Positions 1 through 13,421 of a DNA stretch of 59,065 nt are shown here, piece by piece. The DNA is taken from the NCBI GenBank assembly GCA_003344405.1, contig NOWV01000114.1:186001-245065 (forward strand), given 5' to 3'. The notes beneath the pieces were generated by a model, which searched no databases, was not told where the DNA came from, and saw only the letters and a list, made by a program, of their open reading frames with translations. Both the position numbers and the translations under genes were made by a program. The DNA is from Trichoplax sp. H2. Taxonomy: Eukaryota. Numbering within the stretch: the first letter of the stretch is position 1; each line of letters begins with the position of its first letter.

Positions 1-1008
1 TCTTATTTGCCTGCTCTACGTTGTAGGTAATCTTTTCAATCCCTTGACGAATTTCCTCTACCTATTATATAAAAATTAGCAAAGATTTTTAGATAAAGGT
101 ATATAGGTTTAATTATTTACATAATTAATGAGAATCCCCAAGAATTGTAAATCTGCGGAACAAAATGTAGTTACTTCCGTAATACACCTTACTAACTTTC
201 GCTGTTTAAGCGTTATGAACGCGTTGTAGTTCAATAAGTCAGATTGCGCTACATTGTACGAGTTTGTACTGTATGCATACTGCAGTCACACATTCTCAAC
301 TGGAACAAATATGGATCTTCTAGTAACGAAATCTTTTTATAATATATACTTATTGTAAATTATTTGATGATGAATTGAGGTCGATACATTTGTTTTTACG
401 AATTTTCGAGTCATTTTTATGTTCTATGCGTCAAAACTGTATTGGATAGGAAGTCTATTCGATTACTTTAACGCGCATCTTTATCAATATGGAAATTTGC
501 CAGTAGTACCAAATGGATAGAAATAGTGCTAATAAATCGCTTCCTTTAAATTGAAATTGTAGAAATACTGAATGGCTTAAGATATTTATATTCTTATACG
601 TTGCTTTATTACAGACTATTTAAGCATGATATTTAATTATTTTCGCTCATTACAATTAATATCAAATAGAAACAATATTACCTGCTCGAAAAATTCATCC
701 ATATATCCGTATTCTTCTTCGTCACCGTTGACATATTCATTACGATCATGACGAAACTAGAATTTACGGACAATCATGATGGTTAGCGGTATTGAGACTT
801 AATTTAAGAATTAGTAGATAGGTTTTTTAACTTATTCCCTTTTCAGAAAACTGGTTAGATTTTCGCTTACGATCGCATTGGATAGCAGCGTTTAAATTAA
901 CTTCAATTTCTTTACTTAATTGGTATACGATAGGCATTGTCGTAGAATAGAAATTTTTAGTCTTATACCGATTCTTACTTGCTTTAAAGCTGCCAATTTA
1001 TCCTTCAT
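1..1008 (-). CDS. Syntaxin-1-like Qa-SNARE, paralog B (5' part only; gene continues beyond window start)
   Basis: Exons 1008-979 (MKDKLAALKQ, then GTAAG), 756-682 (FRHDRNEYVNGDEEEYGYMDEFFEQ) and 61-1 (VEEIRQGIEKITYNVEQANK...). All junctions are GT-AG and phase 0. The N-peptide and MDEFFEQVEEIR start of the Habc domain are typical of syntaxin 1. Confidence 0.9.
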
Positions 1009-4001
1009 TTTTACTAATCTCTTGGTGATCAAAGAATTCAGTTCGAGTTCGAAGTTTTTCGTAAATCTTGTTAGTAAGTACGGGTGGCAAATATTGGAAA
1101 TAGGTGAGGGAGAGTTAAATATCTGCAGATCTTAACTGATATTGTTAGATTCAAATCTGTTGCGTATTTTTATATCATAAGTTTCATTGGGTGATACGAT
1201 ACCGTGGGTTTCACCGCTATTTGTATTACCGTGTCCTTTAGTACGGTATAATCCAAAATTGATTTAACTGAAGGTAATACTAATAGACGATTTCGATACA
1301 GCGACAACATAGCACAATCGACAATAGGATTGTATGGAGCGCTAATTACGGTACTGTACCCACTTATTATCAGCAGTTAAGGATTTAGGTTTAACACTAA
1401 ATGTCATGCTAAGCCTACTTGTTGATAATAAGTAGAATCAAATTGGAGCGAAAACATATGCTACCGTATGCTTGGATGTATTGCTTATTAATTATAGCTA
1501 TTTTGATTAAATTAGATCATTCCTATCCGGGGTGGCTTTCAAATTACTCATATATTGATTTGTGATAGCGTATTTTTAGTGTACTGTATATATAGATTTT
1601 GCATATTGTTACGTATTACTACAGTAATATGTTATTGAGAGAATTTGGTGTAATTACTCAGTCAAATCATTGACTATAATAAGGGTATGTCTACGCAAAC
1701 GTATGCACGTAGAAGAGACCTTCATTAGCTGTTATTGTAACATGCAACAAATTAGGTTACTTGTATGGAGATTTCTCTATTCTTCATTCTGGAATACATT
1801 GCTTTTATAATTTAAGCAATAATTTAATAAATGTTTTCATTTTAAGTGCCAGATATCTTCAGCCGCTTGGTAAAGTGCTCCTTAATACAGTTAATCCCCA
1901 ACGAAGTAAATAAGATTTTAAATGTGACAGGCCAGAAGTATTTATTGGTTGCTGGTTCAAAGTATTTTATAAAAAATACTTTAAGCGTGGTACAGTATGC
2001 TGCAAATCTAATAAAATAATTTCGTCCGTGTGTATGTGTACTTTTCAGTACATACGGGGTGAGGCGTTTCTTATATCTAAATTAATGAAACTGTAATACA
2101 GTTCTGATTTGATTAATTATTGGTAACGGTTGCAAATTTAATAGATAATTATTCTCTATATGAATAATGTTGTTAGATTTTTATCGGTAACTTTCTCTGT
2201 ATCTGATATTATGAACTCAAGATGAACTTTAGGTTGAAAGAATTGCAACCAGGTATCAAGAATTTAGGTCGATTACATTTAAATTAAAATGATAGAGATT
2301 GCAGTTTTTGCAAGAGTAGTCGTATAAAATAACTCAATAATGAATCAAATTATTGTAATATTGGCCTATGGTTAAGTATTATTGCATAAATAATATTGGT
2401 CTAGAGCGATCCGGCCCTATATCGAGTTTTCTGGTTTAGAAACCTTACTAGAGGAATCACATTATAGTAATACTAATTCGATATTTTGAATCTAATTAGT
2501 ATGTAATAAAATACACCGACATACCCGGGTATACATTTAATTACGAAGGGCTAAGGTATCACCAAATTTCGGAATGTTCTCTGTATAAAGTATAGCGGTT
2601 AAGGGTAAACTATCAAGTAAATTGATAGCAGACCTTTGTCATTAATAATGATTGCATAAAGGTTGATGCACAGTGTAAATATCCTGTGAGAAAAAACCAC
2701 GATTTAATCAAATCACAAAGGAACTAAGTTGAAAACCAATCATTAACTGGTATTCTTTACAGCTTTACATGAGTTTATTACCAACTATGTGATATATTAT
2801 TGATGCTTATAAATTTTTTATATTTGTCGAAACAAACTTTTTAAGTTATTTCACGCGTAAAACTTCTGGTAAGCGTATGCTTAGTAATTGAAAAATCTTG
2901 ACATTTAATGATTGCTATGGAGATTTTTAAAGATTTCGCAGAGTCTAACTGATTGAGAGCTTGTAGATAGCATAACATACTTGTACGTAGATCTTTTTTA
3001 TTAATTAATAGGTAATGTAGTTGATTCTTAATTTTATTATCATTGATGTAAGGGTATTTATTTCTATGTGTTTATACAACCGCTAAGAAGTGCGGCGTAG
3101 CGTATTACCTGCAAAACTGCACTCGATTAAAATACTACGTTACATAGTCAAATGGTACTTGATTCAATATTTTGATCGTTAGATACATGTATAAATAAGC
3201 ACTTTTCTGTTATTTAATGATCGGGAAGTCAATAGTTACTTAAGTTGAAATATTATATAGCTATATTGTTCTTAAAAATAGCTTTGAAACCAAAGATTTG
3301 CTGATATTAGCTATTTTTAGAAGATTGAATTGATTCAATTTTTACAAATTAATAAGAAATGAATACTGCTCATTAAATCTTAAGGTTGCTGTTGCTACAT
3401 TATTATAATAAATCCATGAATATTGTCAAAGATAAGACCAAGATTGAGACAAGAAATCGTATTCTTAAATCATTAAATAATCACAATCACATTTTGTTAT
3501 CAGATACCAGTTTACCAAATATTACACACCAAATACATTAAGTTTATAAATAACAACTGCTTCGGTACTGGAAACTGTTAATAAACCAGGAAATTATTGT
3601 ATCAAGGGACAATTTTAGTTAAGTCAGCTTTTTATGTCAAAGTTTCTCTTCAAAGCCGAGAAATAAATTTCGATTATTTGTATAACATTGTAATTCTCAT
3701 TTCACAAAACTAAACTAAAAAATAGATAAATTTACGCAAGATAAAGAAGCAGTAATATATAAATTATAATTGCTAAAGTGGTTTGATCAGAAAATTTAAA
3801 TAAATCATCAATTCAAGTCTAACGTTACTTGTTTGTTGATATTATTTTCTGTTAACTGAGACGATGAAGTGTTTGGAAGTGCATAGACCTTATGTAGAGC
3901 TTTGTTATAGTATTTTCAGGCAAAGATTATTGATGTGTATCGCACTCTGTGGTTTAAATTCAAAACGAACCATGAGAGAATTTACTTGGTGAAGAAAGTA
4001 G

Positions 4002-7000
4002 CTAACGAGCGGTATTAATTGGGCTTATAGTTGTCCTAGGTGAGCTCGTAGTTTTACTGTTTCCGCTACCACCGTTAGGAGTAGCTCCTCCACCACTGCT
4101 ACCGCCGCTGTTATCACGAAGTTGGACTATTAGGATTATAATGATGATTATGATCAGGACTAAGGCTAGGGCCAGGCATATAATCTTTTTCTATAAAGCA
4201 TTAAAAACATTAACTTCATCAGTCGCGATTACGCAACTAAAGATATTTACGAGTACGTGTATACTTTTCGAGCTGCAGATTGGTATTTGACGGCCTTTTT
4301 GACATCTTCTTTAGCGCTACAAATAAAATCTACTGCATTAACGGTGTTATGTTCTATGTTATCTATCATTTCGCCTTGACTTTCTACCAACATTGCCATA
4401 TCTAAAAACATCTCATGAAGTTCCTGGTAATTAAACGCAAATTCGTTGTTACGGTGTTACCTTACCTTTAGGATAGTTTAATAGTACTATAGTAGTAGCT
4501 AATATGAAAAATATCAATACAATATTTGTAGTGCAAGGTGAGATAAGTAATGCCTTAACGTGATTAATATTTCTGATAGTTTATTACATATTTGATATTG
4601 ACTGTTATTATGTGAATAAATAGTCGTAAGGTGATTCAAGTTCTAGCTAATGATAGTTGAACTACACAGCATACATACTTAGATTAAGTATGAGTAATAG
4701 GTTAAAAATATTTAGTGATAGAAAAGCTATGTAAGGAACAGCTAAGTTCGACATGTCTCTCCTTGTAAGGTATAATAGTAATACTGTTGTTGTTTACAAG
4801 TTAGATGGTTCTTATATAAATAGGAACTTTTTGAGTTAAGTTGAGTTGTGAAAAGTTGTAGATGTGTCTGCGCTAATAAAAGTTCTATCTTTAGGGTACT
4901 TTGCTGTGTGCATTTAACGTTTAGTAAAAGAGCGTTTAAGTCAATAGTTACTTATAGACTTTACGTTTCCTTCTTGTTGCAGAAGTTAAATCGTGACATT
5001 CGTTTATTTCTTTCTGAGAATTCAAAGTATGCAAATGAAATGTACTAATAATTCAGTGAAGATGTTGTGTAAGCAAACCTTAATACTTTTCTCTAAGTTC
5101 ATAATATCATTATGTCTTGCTTCAATTGCTTCTAGTGCTTGCTTCGCATCTTTAGTATCGGTTATTACCTACAGAAAACATTGTCCGATAACATCCAAGA
5201 ACTATCGGTGAATACTGAGATGTCTTCTTGTACTAGTACAGTAAATACCGTAATAATGTAAGTACCGCTTGTGTAAAAATTTCCGGGTTTCCACTTTCTA
5301 GCATGTCTTCAATTTCTTCGTCTGTCGTAGGTTTTCCAGCTGAAGATAGCAGAGATTTTGTTAATTGTAAAATATATTTAGATTAGGTTATACGATTAAT
5401 ATATGTTCTTATCAGCGTAGGATTGTATAATGCGATATTTGTCATACTTATTTTTAGCTGTCTCTTTATCCTGTCTTTACACTTCTCTCTGTAATCATTT
5501 TGAATTTTGTTGTATGTCAGCATAAGATTAACTAAGCGATGAGAAAGTGCAGCATGCTGTAATATAAAGAAAGTAAATTCGATTATCTCCATGCGATAAA
5601 TTATTCGGGCATTTCTGTTCCTGATGATAATTACAATCGCTATACATCGTCTTAATACTTTGTTAGTTTGTTAAGATAAAAAAGACTACCTGAGTTCTTT
5701 TGATTCTGGCTTCTGCTGATTGTTCTTCCGTTCTTTCTATGTTGATTTCGATATCTGTTTGAATTCATAATTAAATCTGAGCTTAATCTACGCTAATTGA
5801 ATAGCTTTAGTAATGTAATCCAATAAATAACGCTTCGCGGGGTAATTCAATCCGCACTTATCTGTTGTAATTTGTTTATAGTGCGAATATATACCTTTAA
5901 GACGGGCTCTTACGCGATTAGCCTTTAGCTTAATGGAATTCATCGCACTTTCCAATCTTTCTTTATCTTCTGTAATATTTATAATGCAATATCAGGAGTT
6001 AAAGTTGATTTACATTAATATTTGACATGAGGCAAAATGAGCAAACCTTCAGCCATTTTCGGAGCGGTCAAAATATGAGTATGCATTTTTTCCACATGGG
6101 CAACATCATTTTCAATTGCACTAAGATCTTGTTCTATTATTTCAATCTGTATTTTGCATCGTTGATGACTGTAATTAGTATCTAATTGAAGTTTATTAAG
6201 TGCAACATAGACTACTTAAAAATCAAATCTACAATAGTGCTGATATTGCGTCATTCAGGTTTAGATATATACGTATGGTGTCATCGCTATGAGATACGGT
6301 ACAATGGATAAGAAATTTTATAGTAAAAAATGATAGTTCTACGCAATGGGGGATTTGTAAATATCGGAACAAAATTGTCCTCGATATTTTTATTAAATGT
6401 AAAATGCAACCGTGATTTGACGTCCGTTGAAAATGATACTGCAGAAAATAATGCTATCTTGTTGATCCCGGTAATAAAGAACGCTTTGCTCAATATTTTA
6501 AGAAGACTCTAGAAATTTATATATTAATGGGAATATTCCCTTTATGAAAGAAATCTAATTGAGGAGTTAGTTCGGTTAATGAGCTGCAGGATATGAGTGA
6601 AAAGCTCTTACTAAGGCACTTATGTAACATAGACCGTATATTTTGATAATTACATCTGTAGAACTTCGATTTCTGTAGCAAAATACTGGAGGTTATTTGC
6701 ACGGAGTTGTTAATTGAGTTCTTCCCGTGAAATGTTTTACTAGCTGTTAAGATATGACTGTGTACTGGGTAATAGCATCAATTAATATTATCAGAGCTCT
6801 TATTCTCACGGCATAATGGAGGTAGCTGCCTGATGTTAAGTTAAATCAAATTGGGCAAGATATACCGTTGAAATGATTGCAATGAAAAGGAGATGGTATA
6901 CAGTAGATGATGTGAATTACTTAAATTAAAAACCTCTTCGTTTGGTATTGAAGTCTATATGAGCATTAGGTTTCGGAGAATTAAAGAGATTGGGATTAAA

Positions 7001-8791
7001 CCGTTGTATACCGGTACTTAATTTATTCAAAGGCTTCCTATTTTGTCTTTTACTGTTACTGATACATGACGAAACTGTACATATATGCGAATGTAGTATT
7101 ATCATGTGTAGAATTGGTCTTTAATTTAGAAGCAGGTAATCGGATATGAGCGTTCAGTTTGGGTGCTATAGGAATGAGAGGCAGTGTTGCGAATAGACAA
7201 ATATAATATTTGATTCGTTTTACGTAGGAAATGAATCTTTTTACAATCTATTTCATCTTGTAGTTAAGCTTTTAAGATATTTTTGCAGTTAAATAAATTC
7301 GAAAAATATGCTTAAAGTTCACGTACTATGTAAGAAGCAACCATAATAATTATCGACATGCACACATTATAAGTTTTCTACAATCGAGATAATAAAAATA
7401 AATAATGTGATAATATATCATGTGTAAGAATTATAACTACAGCTAAAAATATTTCGAATAGATTGACTAAAATGTCGCATGGATGACTCTTATACTATAT
7501 TATGTTAGCTAAATAATACGATAGAAAGAGGTAAGATAATACTGATGTATAATAGATTTTATGGTAGCAAGATTCGCGTTTAGGGACGTATTTACAATCA
7601 TTACCTCTTTAAAGAAGTCATCCATAAAACCACCACCGCCAGGTGTAACATCAACCAATACGTCGTCAACGACCACTCCACCGTCATTGTCATTATTTCC
7701 AAGTTGTGTCTGATACGAAGAGTAACAAATTATGAGTTGATGTCGCTACATAAGTTAAGCTATAGTTTCATTTATTGGGAAATTAACGTACGATTTATCG
7801 TTTAACATTTATATATATAAATTAGCAATCGGATGTGTAGCCTATGATAATGAATTTTATTTATTATGTTAAGCACTATGTATTAGAATTCTATGCAGTA
7901 GATCATATCCAGCACTCAGTGCTATACTGTACTGTAGTTTACATACACATGTATATATATATATATGTAAACCATAGGCTATTACACCGTGAGTGCGCTA
8001 TGCAGTTTATATAGAATTAGTGTACCATGCATGCAGTATATATGTAAGTGAAAATATAGACCCAACCACTTCGACATAGAATTGATTTTTCGTACACTTC
8101 GCTGAAACTACTGGAGTGAAGTATGCAAAAAAATCTATGTTGAAATGTTGGATCTAGCTAGTACCTATTACTATCTTCGTGATACTAAGGGTTAAATATG
8201 TGAAATATTACATTTATTGATTCCACTACGTAAGTAAGACATGTTTGGAATGAGTCAAACGAAAGTAAAAATAACTACAATGTTATAATGATTAAAATAG
8301 TAGTGTAAGTAGAGCTAAAGGACTTAATGAAGTAGTGTAATGATCGATTGTACCCAGGAAAGTTAATTAAGTGCTATCGAAAGTAAACGACGGTACATAT
8401 GTGTATACGCTATATTAAGTACTTGGACTACGATTAATAATAAGTGCTATATTACATATTTTTTGTTATTGATAAATCTTGATCTATCGTAATATAAAAA
8501 AATTAAAAAATTTATACGCGTATTTCATAGCTAGAAATGAGATAATAAAAGATTCGTAAATAGTGAAGTAAAATAAAATAAACTTAAGTTCATGGCATAT
8601 ATCTATCAACAAGAAATTGATTTCAGAGTAAATGCAGAGGAAATTGGTACAGTATGTGGCGTTACTACGTAATATTGTACGAGGATATACGAGCTTGTAT
8701 AATGATGTCGATGCATGTACAATAGATTGAACGGGTCTATGTCGCCTCGATGGCACTGTACCTCTCTTATATCTGCCAGTCTATCCCTCAT
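4002..8791 (-). CDS. STX1: Syntaxin-1-like Qa-SNARE, paralog A, 10 exons, ~331 aa
   Basis: Exons 8791-8762, 7709-7605, 6146-6047, 5969-5895, 5754-5690, 5556-5448, 5339-5266, 5168-5079, 4423-4265, 4190-4002 (996 nt, all GT-AG, frame consistent). Contains N-peptide [38 protein letters not shown] motif [42 protein letters not shown] (Qa glutamine) and TM helix [20 protein letters not shown]. Confidence 0.95.
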
Positions 8792-9497
8792 AGCTACTGT
8801 AGATGATTTCGAGATGATTTATGATACAGCCAATAGTTATTAAACTGAAAACGTCCACTTTAACAGGAGCGTCGCTTTGCCTGTACTATTTTTTTTTAAG
8901 GTGAATTCGTTTCTTTTGATAAGGCTAGATGGTTAAAAATTTCCAGTTCAACCTAAGAATAATTACAGTTTATGGATTGTTTAATACGACATACAGTATT
9001 TGACAACCGTGTACGGTTTAAAGTTTGCTTTTAGTCCATTCCAATAGTACCATATGTATGTTGGACTTTGTACGTAATTGGAAAATTCTGAATGAGGAAA
9101 TTTCTTATTCAGTTGTAAAGGTGCATGCGATATTTTTGACTTTTCACAATAAATGATTCCTGTCGGGAATTGTTGCTTCTTAAGAGAAAAAATTTACTTT
9201 CAAATAGTAACTACGCATATAGTTATAAAGCTTAACCATTCGTAAATGATAAAATTATATTTTATATTATGTTTTTAACCTGTCTTTATAAATTTATTCG
9301 GTTGAAAAATTAATACTTCATAGTGATCGCAATGCTGTATTTATAATTTCCACAACAAAGCACAATAGCCTCAGAAATAAATATACAATTATACTGCGCG
9401 TTTGTGGCGATTACGTAGAGCCATATATTTAATCACATAAAAGAATCTTTTACTTGACATGTCTAGGGAGTAGATTGCACAATGTAAATCGAAAATA

Positions 9498-10204
9498 GTA
9501 CAGTACTTGTATTGTTGTATTTATTTTCTGGTACAGCAGTACAGTACTGTACTGTACTGTACTGTACAGTACGTACTACTCTACAGTATACTGTACAGTG
9601 TACAGTACAGTACTGTACTGTATAGTGACTAGATAGTGGATACTGTTGACGTTACAATCAAAGAAAGAAATACAGTACTGTACTGTAAAGTACAGTACAG
9701 TACAGTACTGTAAATAAAAGAAAAAAGGGGAAAAATTTCTTTTTTTCTTTTATTCATTAATTAATTACTAGTACTCTACTGTACAGTGTACAGTAGATGC
9801 CTTCGCTTACAGTATAGTACAGTACAGTACAGTACTGTACTGTACTGTACTTTGAGCACTGTAATGCATCATTTATCCACAATTTCCATGTTTAATTAAT
9901 TAATTACTATGGTGCAGTTTTCGAATTACTAAAGTAAAGTAGTTCACTGTTCAGTGTGCAGTACTGTACGTACAGTACAGTACAGTACAGTACAGTAGTT
10001 ACCGGCAATTTAAAATAGGGAAAATTATCAACGTAAGAAAATAACTCTTAACTGTACAGTACTGTACTGTAGACCTGGCGTGAACAGCGGTAATGCACTT
10101 TACAGTACTGTACAGTACAGTACTGTACTGTAAATGTAAAAAAGTACTGTACAATATTTGTACAGAACCTGTAAAATTACTGAAACACATACTGTAGTAC
10201 TGTA
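9498..10204. repeat. TACAG/CTGTA pentamer arrays in the divergent syntaxin-Ran intergenic region
   Basis: Runs such as gtactgtactgtactgtac and tacagtacagtacagtacag in both orientations, forming TACAGTACTGTA palindromes. Confidence 0.85.
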
Positions 10205-10534
10205 TGATCAAAAGTCAAAGTCGGAGCGGAGCCTGAGAGCGCGCGTAAAGATTTTTCTTCAAATTACTGTACATCACCGCTCGTACAACAGCCAGTCTAT
10301 TGCTGCAAGAAATTTACATTAATTCTAGGATCCGATAGGTATCTGAGACTCATCGTCATGTTAACCGATCATCTTTGAATTATTTTTATGTTATCCATAG
10401 GGCTATAGTTATAATTAACGTAATAAAGATAGTTTTTCTTATAAAGGGTTACTTTGAACTCATATTTTATATTGGTTAACTTTTCACTTTTTGATTTCTA
10501 TCAGATTTTTTGAAACTGAACAGACGACACAGTA

Positions 10535-13421
10535 ATGGAACAATCTTCTCAGCAACAGGATACGCAAGTCCCTACTTTTAAGGTTATTCGACAATATTGT
10601 AAAGTGATAAGACGATAGTAAATAACCAATAGTAATGCTTATTGATATGTTATTGTTAGATTTTATAAAGTCTGTCATTGCGATAGATTCTATTAATTTA
10701 ATTTTTAGTATGACGTGCTATTGGGCTTGTACGGCATCAGGCTATTTTTTGATAGTTGTTATAGTAATGTACTTTGTATAGGCGCTGATATTGTGCTTAC
10801 GATATGCTTACTTCGTATTTACAACGATTTAATAGTTGTTTCATTCGGTAATATAATGGAATATTACTATATTTGTCTTACGGTTTTACTTCTGTAGTAT
10901 TTTGATGGTGCAATTTTATCAGTGTATAGTCGTATGAAGTTTAGTATTCAAGAGTTTCAAGATGTTGCTGTGTAAGGTATTGCAATACTAATGTGACAGT
11001 ACTGCATGCCGATTTCAACCTGAGGTGCACGCACACTCTATCAGAATACGGCTAATTATAAGTATCAATTAGTCGAAACTCCAGCGCAATTCACTGATGG
11101 ACATGTGCTAACTTTTAGATTATTTAGCTTAACTGTCGCATTTGCAAGATATATTTATAGTGAAATGAAGCTTAGCATGTAGCACCCATTACAGTATATT
11201 TACTTTACTATATTCTGTAAACGTAAGTATTTGAAACTAAAAACTATTTACTTGCAGTTGGTACTGGTTGGAGATGGAGGCGTTGGTAAAACTACTTTTG
11301 TGAAGCGCCATTTAACGGGAGAGTTTGAGAAAAGATATGTAGGTTGGTATTAACATCAGATGCCTTTGCTACTTTTGTTACTGCTTTTTTTTTTGAGGTA
11401 CCTTGCATCGTACACAACTGTACAAGTACTATTTTCTTGACTTTACCGTATGAAACTTTTAAAGTTAAAGAAATTTTAATCTTTACTATACCCTTCATTG
11501 CACTCTACGTGCAATGTATACTTGAATTAGTTGAATATACGGCAATAGCGTAATAACGTAGTGTAATTGCTAGTTTACTGTACAGCGCACTGAAATCTGA
11601 TCATATACACGGTGCATCTTTTGATGAAGTGTAATTACATAAATCGCTACTTGGGTGGTGGGTATCTCGACTGGTATATTCATAAAGTTCTGGTAGACTA
11701 TTGAATCATTACATGTAATTGTCGTCTATATCAGCTTGTGAAAACGTATGGGTGCTGTGATGGGAAAGTCTGTTTAGATGAATTGAATACTTTTAATTCA
11801 TCAAAAATTAGTACAACTATAGTCTTTCATCTGTAAATATATTGCCGTTGATTTATTTATTATAAAACGCTTATACTATATTGTAAATAATGATTTTGAA
11901 AATTCGTAAGTATTTTAGATTCGTTAAAGTTAGAACTGTAGACTTGAATTGATAGCAATCCCATCATCTTTAGAAAATAAAGTTAATTTAAGTACTTCAG
12001 TAGATGTGAGCACGTAATTATGATTAATATGGTGGGTTCGTATCAGGATTTTTCATACAATTATCTTCCGATGATGCAGTTTTATAGCACTTCAGTTGCA
12101 ATATTGGTTTAGTAGCTTAAATCATTTATCTGTGGATAAATTATTGACCTACTCTCGTGTATAAAAAGGCCTTATTTGATTGTTTAAAAATGACAATTCA
12201 CCCTCATAGCATTTTATCATGATCATCTTTCTGATTGTAAGCCTATAGATTATACAATTTGTTAAGATTGTTTTGTTGTAGAAATTTTATCATATTGTAA
12301 GATATTGTAATGATAGTGTTGGGTAAAGTAGTTAATCATTATATGCCAGATTTTGTTACTGTTATTTACCGTAAGCGCAATATACACTGCCTAACATGTT
12401 ACGTATTACATCAAATAATGATTAATTACTGAAGGTTTAGAATATAGGGAGGATTAAGATAGGGGACGATATGTAAAATAACGGTGAATTATTACGATAT
12501 GAAGCAAATTAGTTAATTTAGTTCTATAAAGATGCGTCAACCATACATTGTGTAGTGGATATAATATTTATGGAAGTAGTTTCAGCGTCTATTTTAGCGA
12601 AGGATACAGTGACAACGGGTCGTCCCTAAATTTAGATTGTCTCGAAAGGCTAAAAATTTTTTCTGTATTTAAGGTAGTGTGTTATTACTTAAGCTGAATT
12701 AAGCTTCCATTTAAAGCCACACTAGGTGTAGAAGTGCATCCGCTGTTATTTCACACTAATCTTGGACCGATAAGATTTAATGTTTGGGATACGGCCGGTC
12801 AAGAAAAATTTGGAGGACTTCGTGACGGTTATTACATTCAGGGACAATGCGCGATTATTATGTTCGATGTTACCTCTAAAATGACTTATAAGAATGTCCC
12901 GAATTGGCATCGAGATCTTGTTCGTGTTTGCAATGAAATCCCAATTGTTTTATGTGGTAACAAGGTTGACGAAAAAGATCGTAAAATTAAGGCCAAACTG
13001 ATAAATTTTCATCGAAAGAAGAATTTACAGGTTAGTGGTGTATCACTAATTCGTGTTTGTGGTCTTGGTTTAATGTGGTAGATTTCTTACGTGAATTATT
13101 AAAATTTAGCTTATGAATATATTCTGTATTGTTGGGATGATATCGTTAGTAAATTAAATAATGTTAGGGTATAATATTAAAATCAGTAATAATTTTTTAC
13201 CTCAGTATTACGATATCAGCGCAAAAAGTAACTACAACTTTGAGAAGCCGTTTCTTTGGCTTGCACGAAAATTGACGGGCGACCCTAATCTAGATTTTGT
13301 CGCCATGCCGGCATTGGCGCCTCCTGAGGTGCGTATGGATCCTGCATTGGTCAGTCAGTATGAAAAGGAGTTGGTACAAGCTCAGTCGGTTGCTCTTCCG
13401 GATGACGACGATGATATTTAG
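10535..13421 (+). CDS. RAN: GTP-binding nuclear protein Ran, 4 coding exons, ~220 aa
   Basis: Exons 10535-10582 ([16 protein letters not shown]), 11258-11342 ([25 protein letters not shown]), 12717-13030 ([21 protein letters not shown]), 13206-13421 ([12 protein letters not shown], acidic end DDDDDI). Total 663 nt, all GT-AG. Confidence 0.98.

Noticed and set aside
871-937. Possible alternative first exon of syntaxin paralog B (MPIVYQLSKEIEVNLNAAIQCD then GTAAGC)
   Set aside because: Ends in phase 1 whereas the next exon starts in phase 0, and it does not resemble a syntaxin N-peptide.
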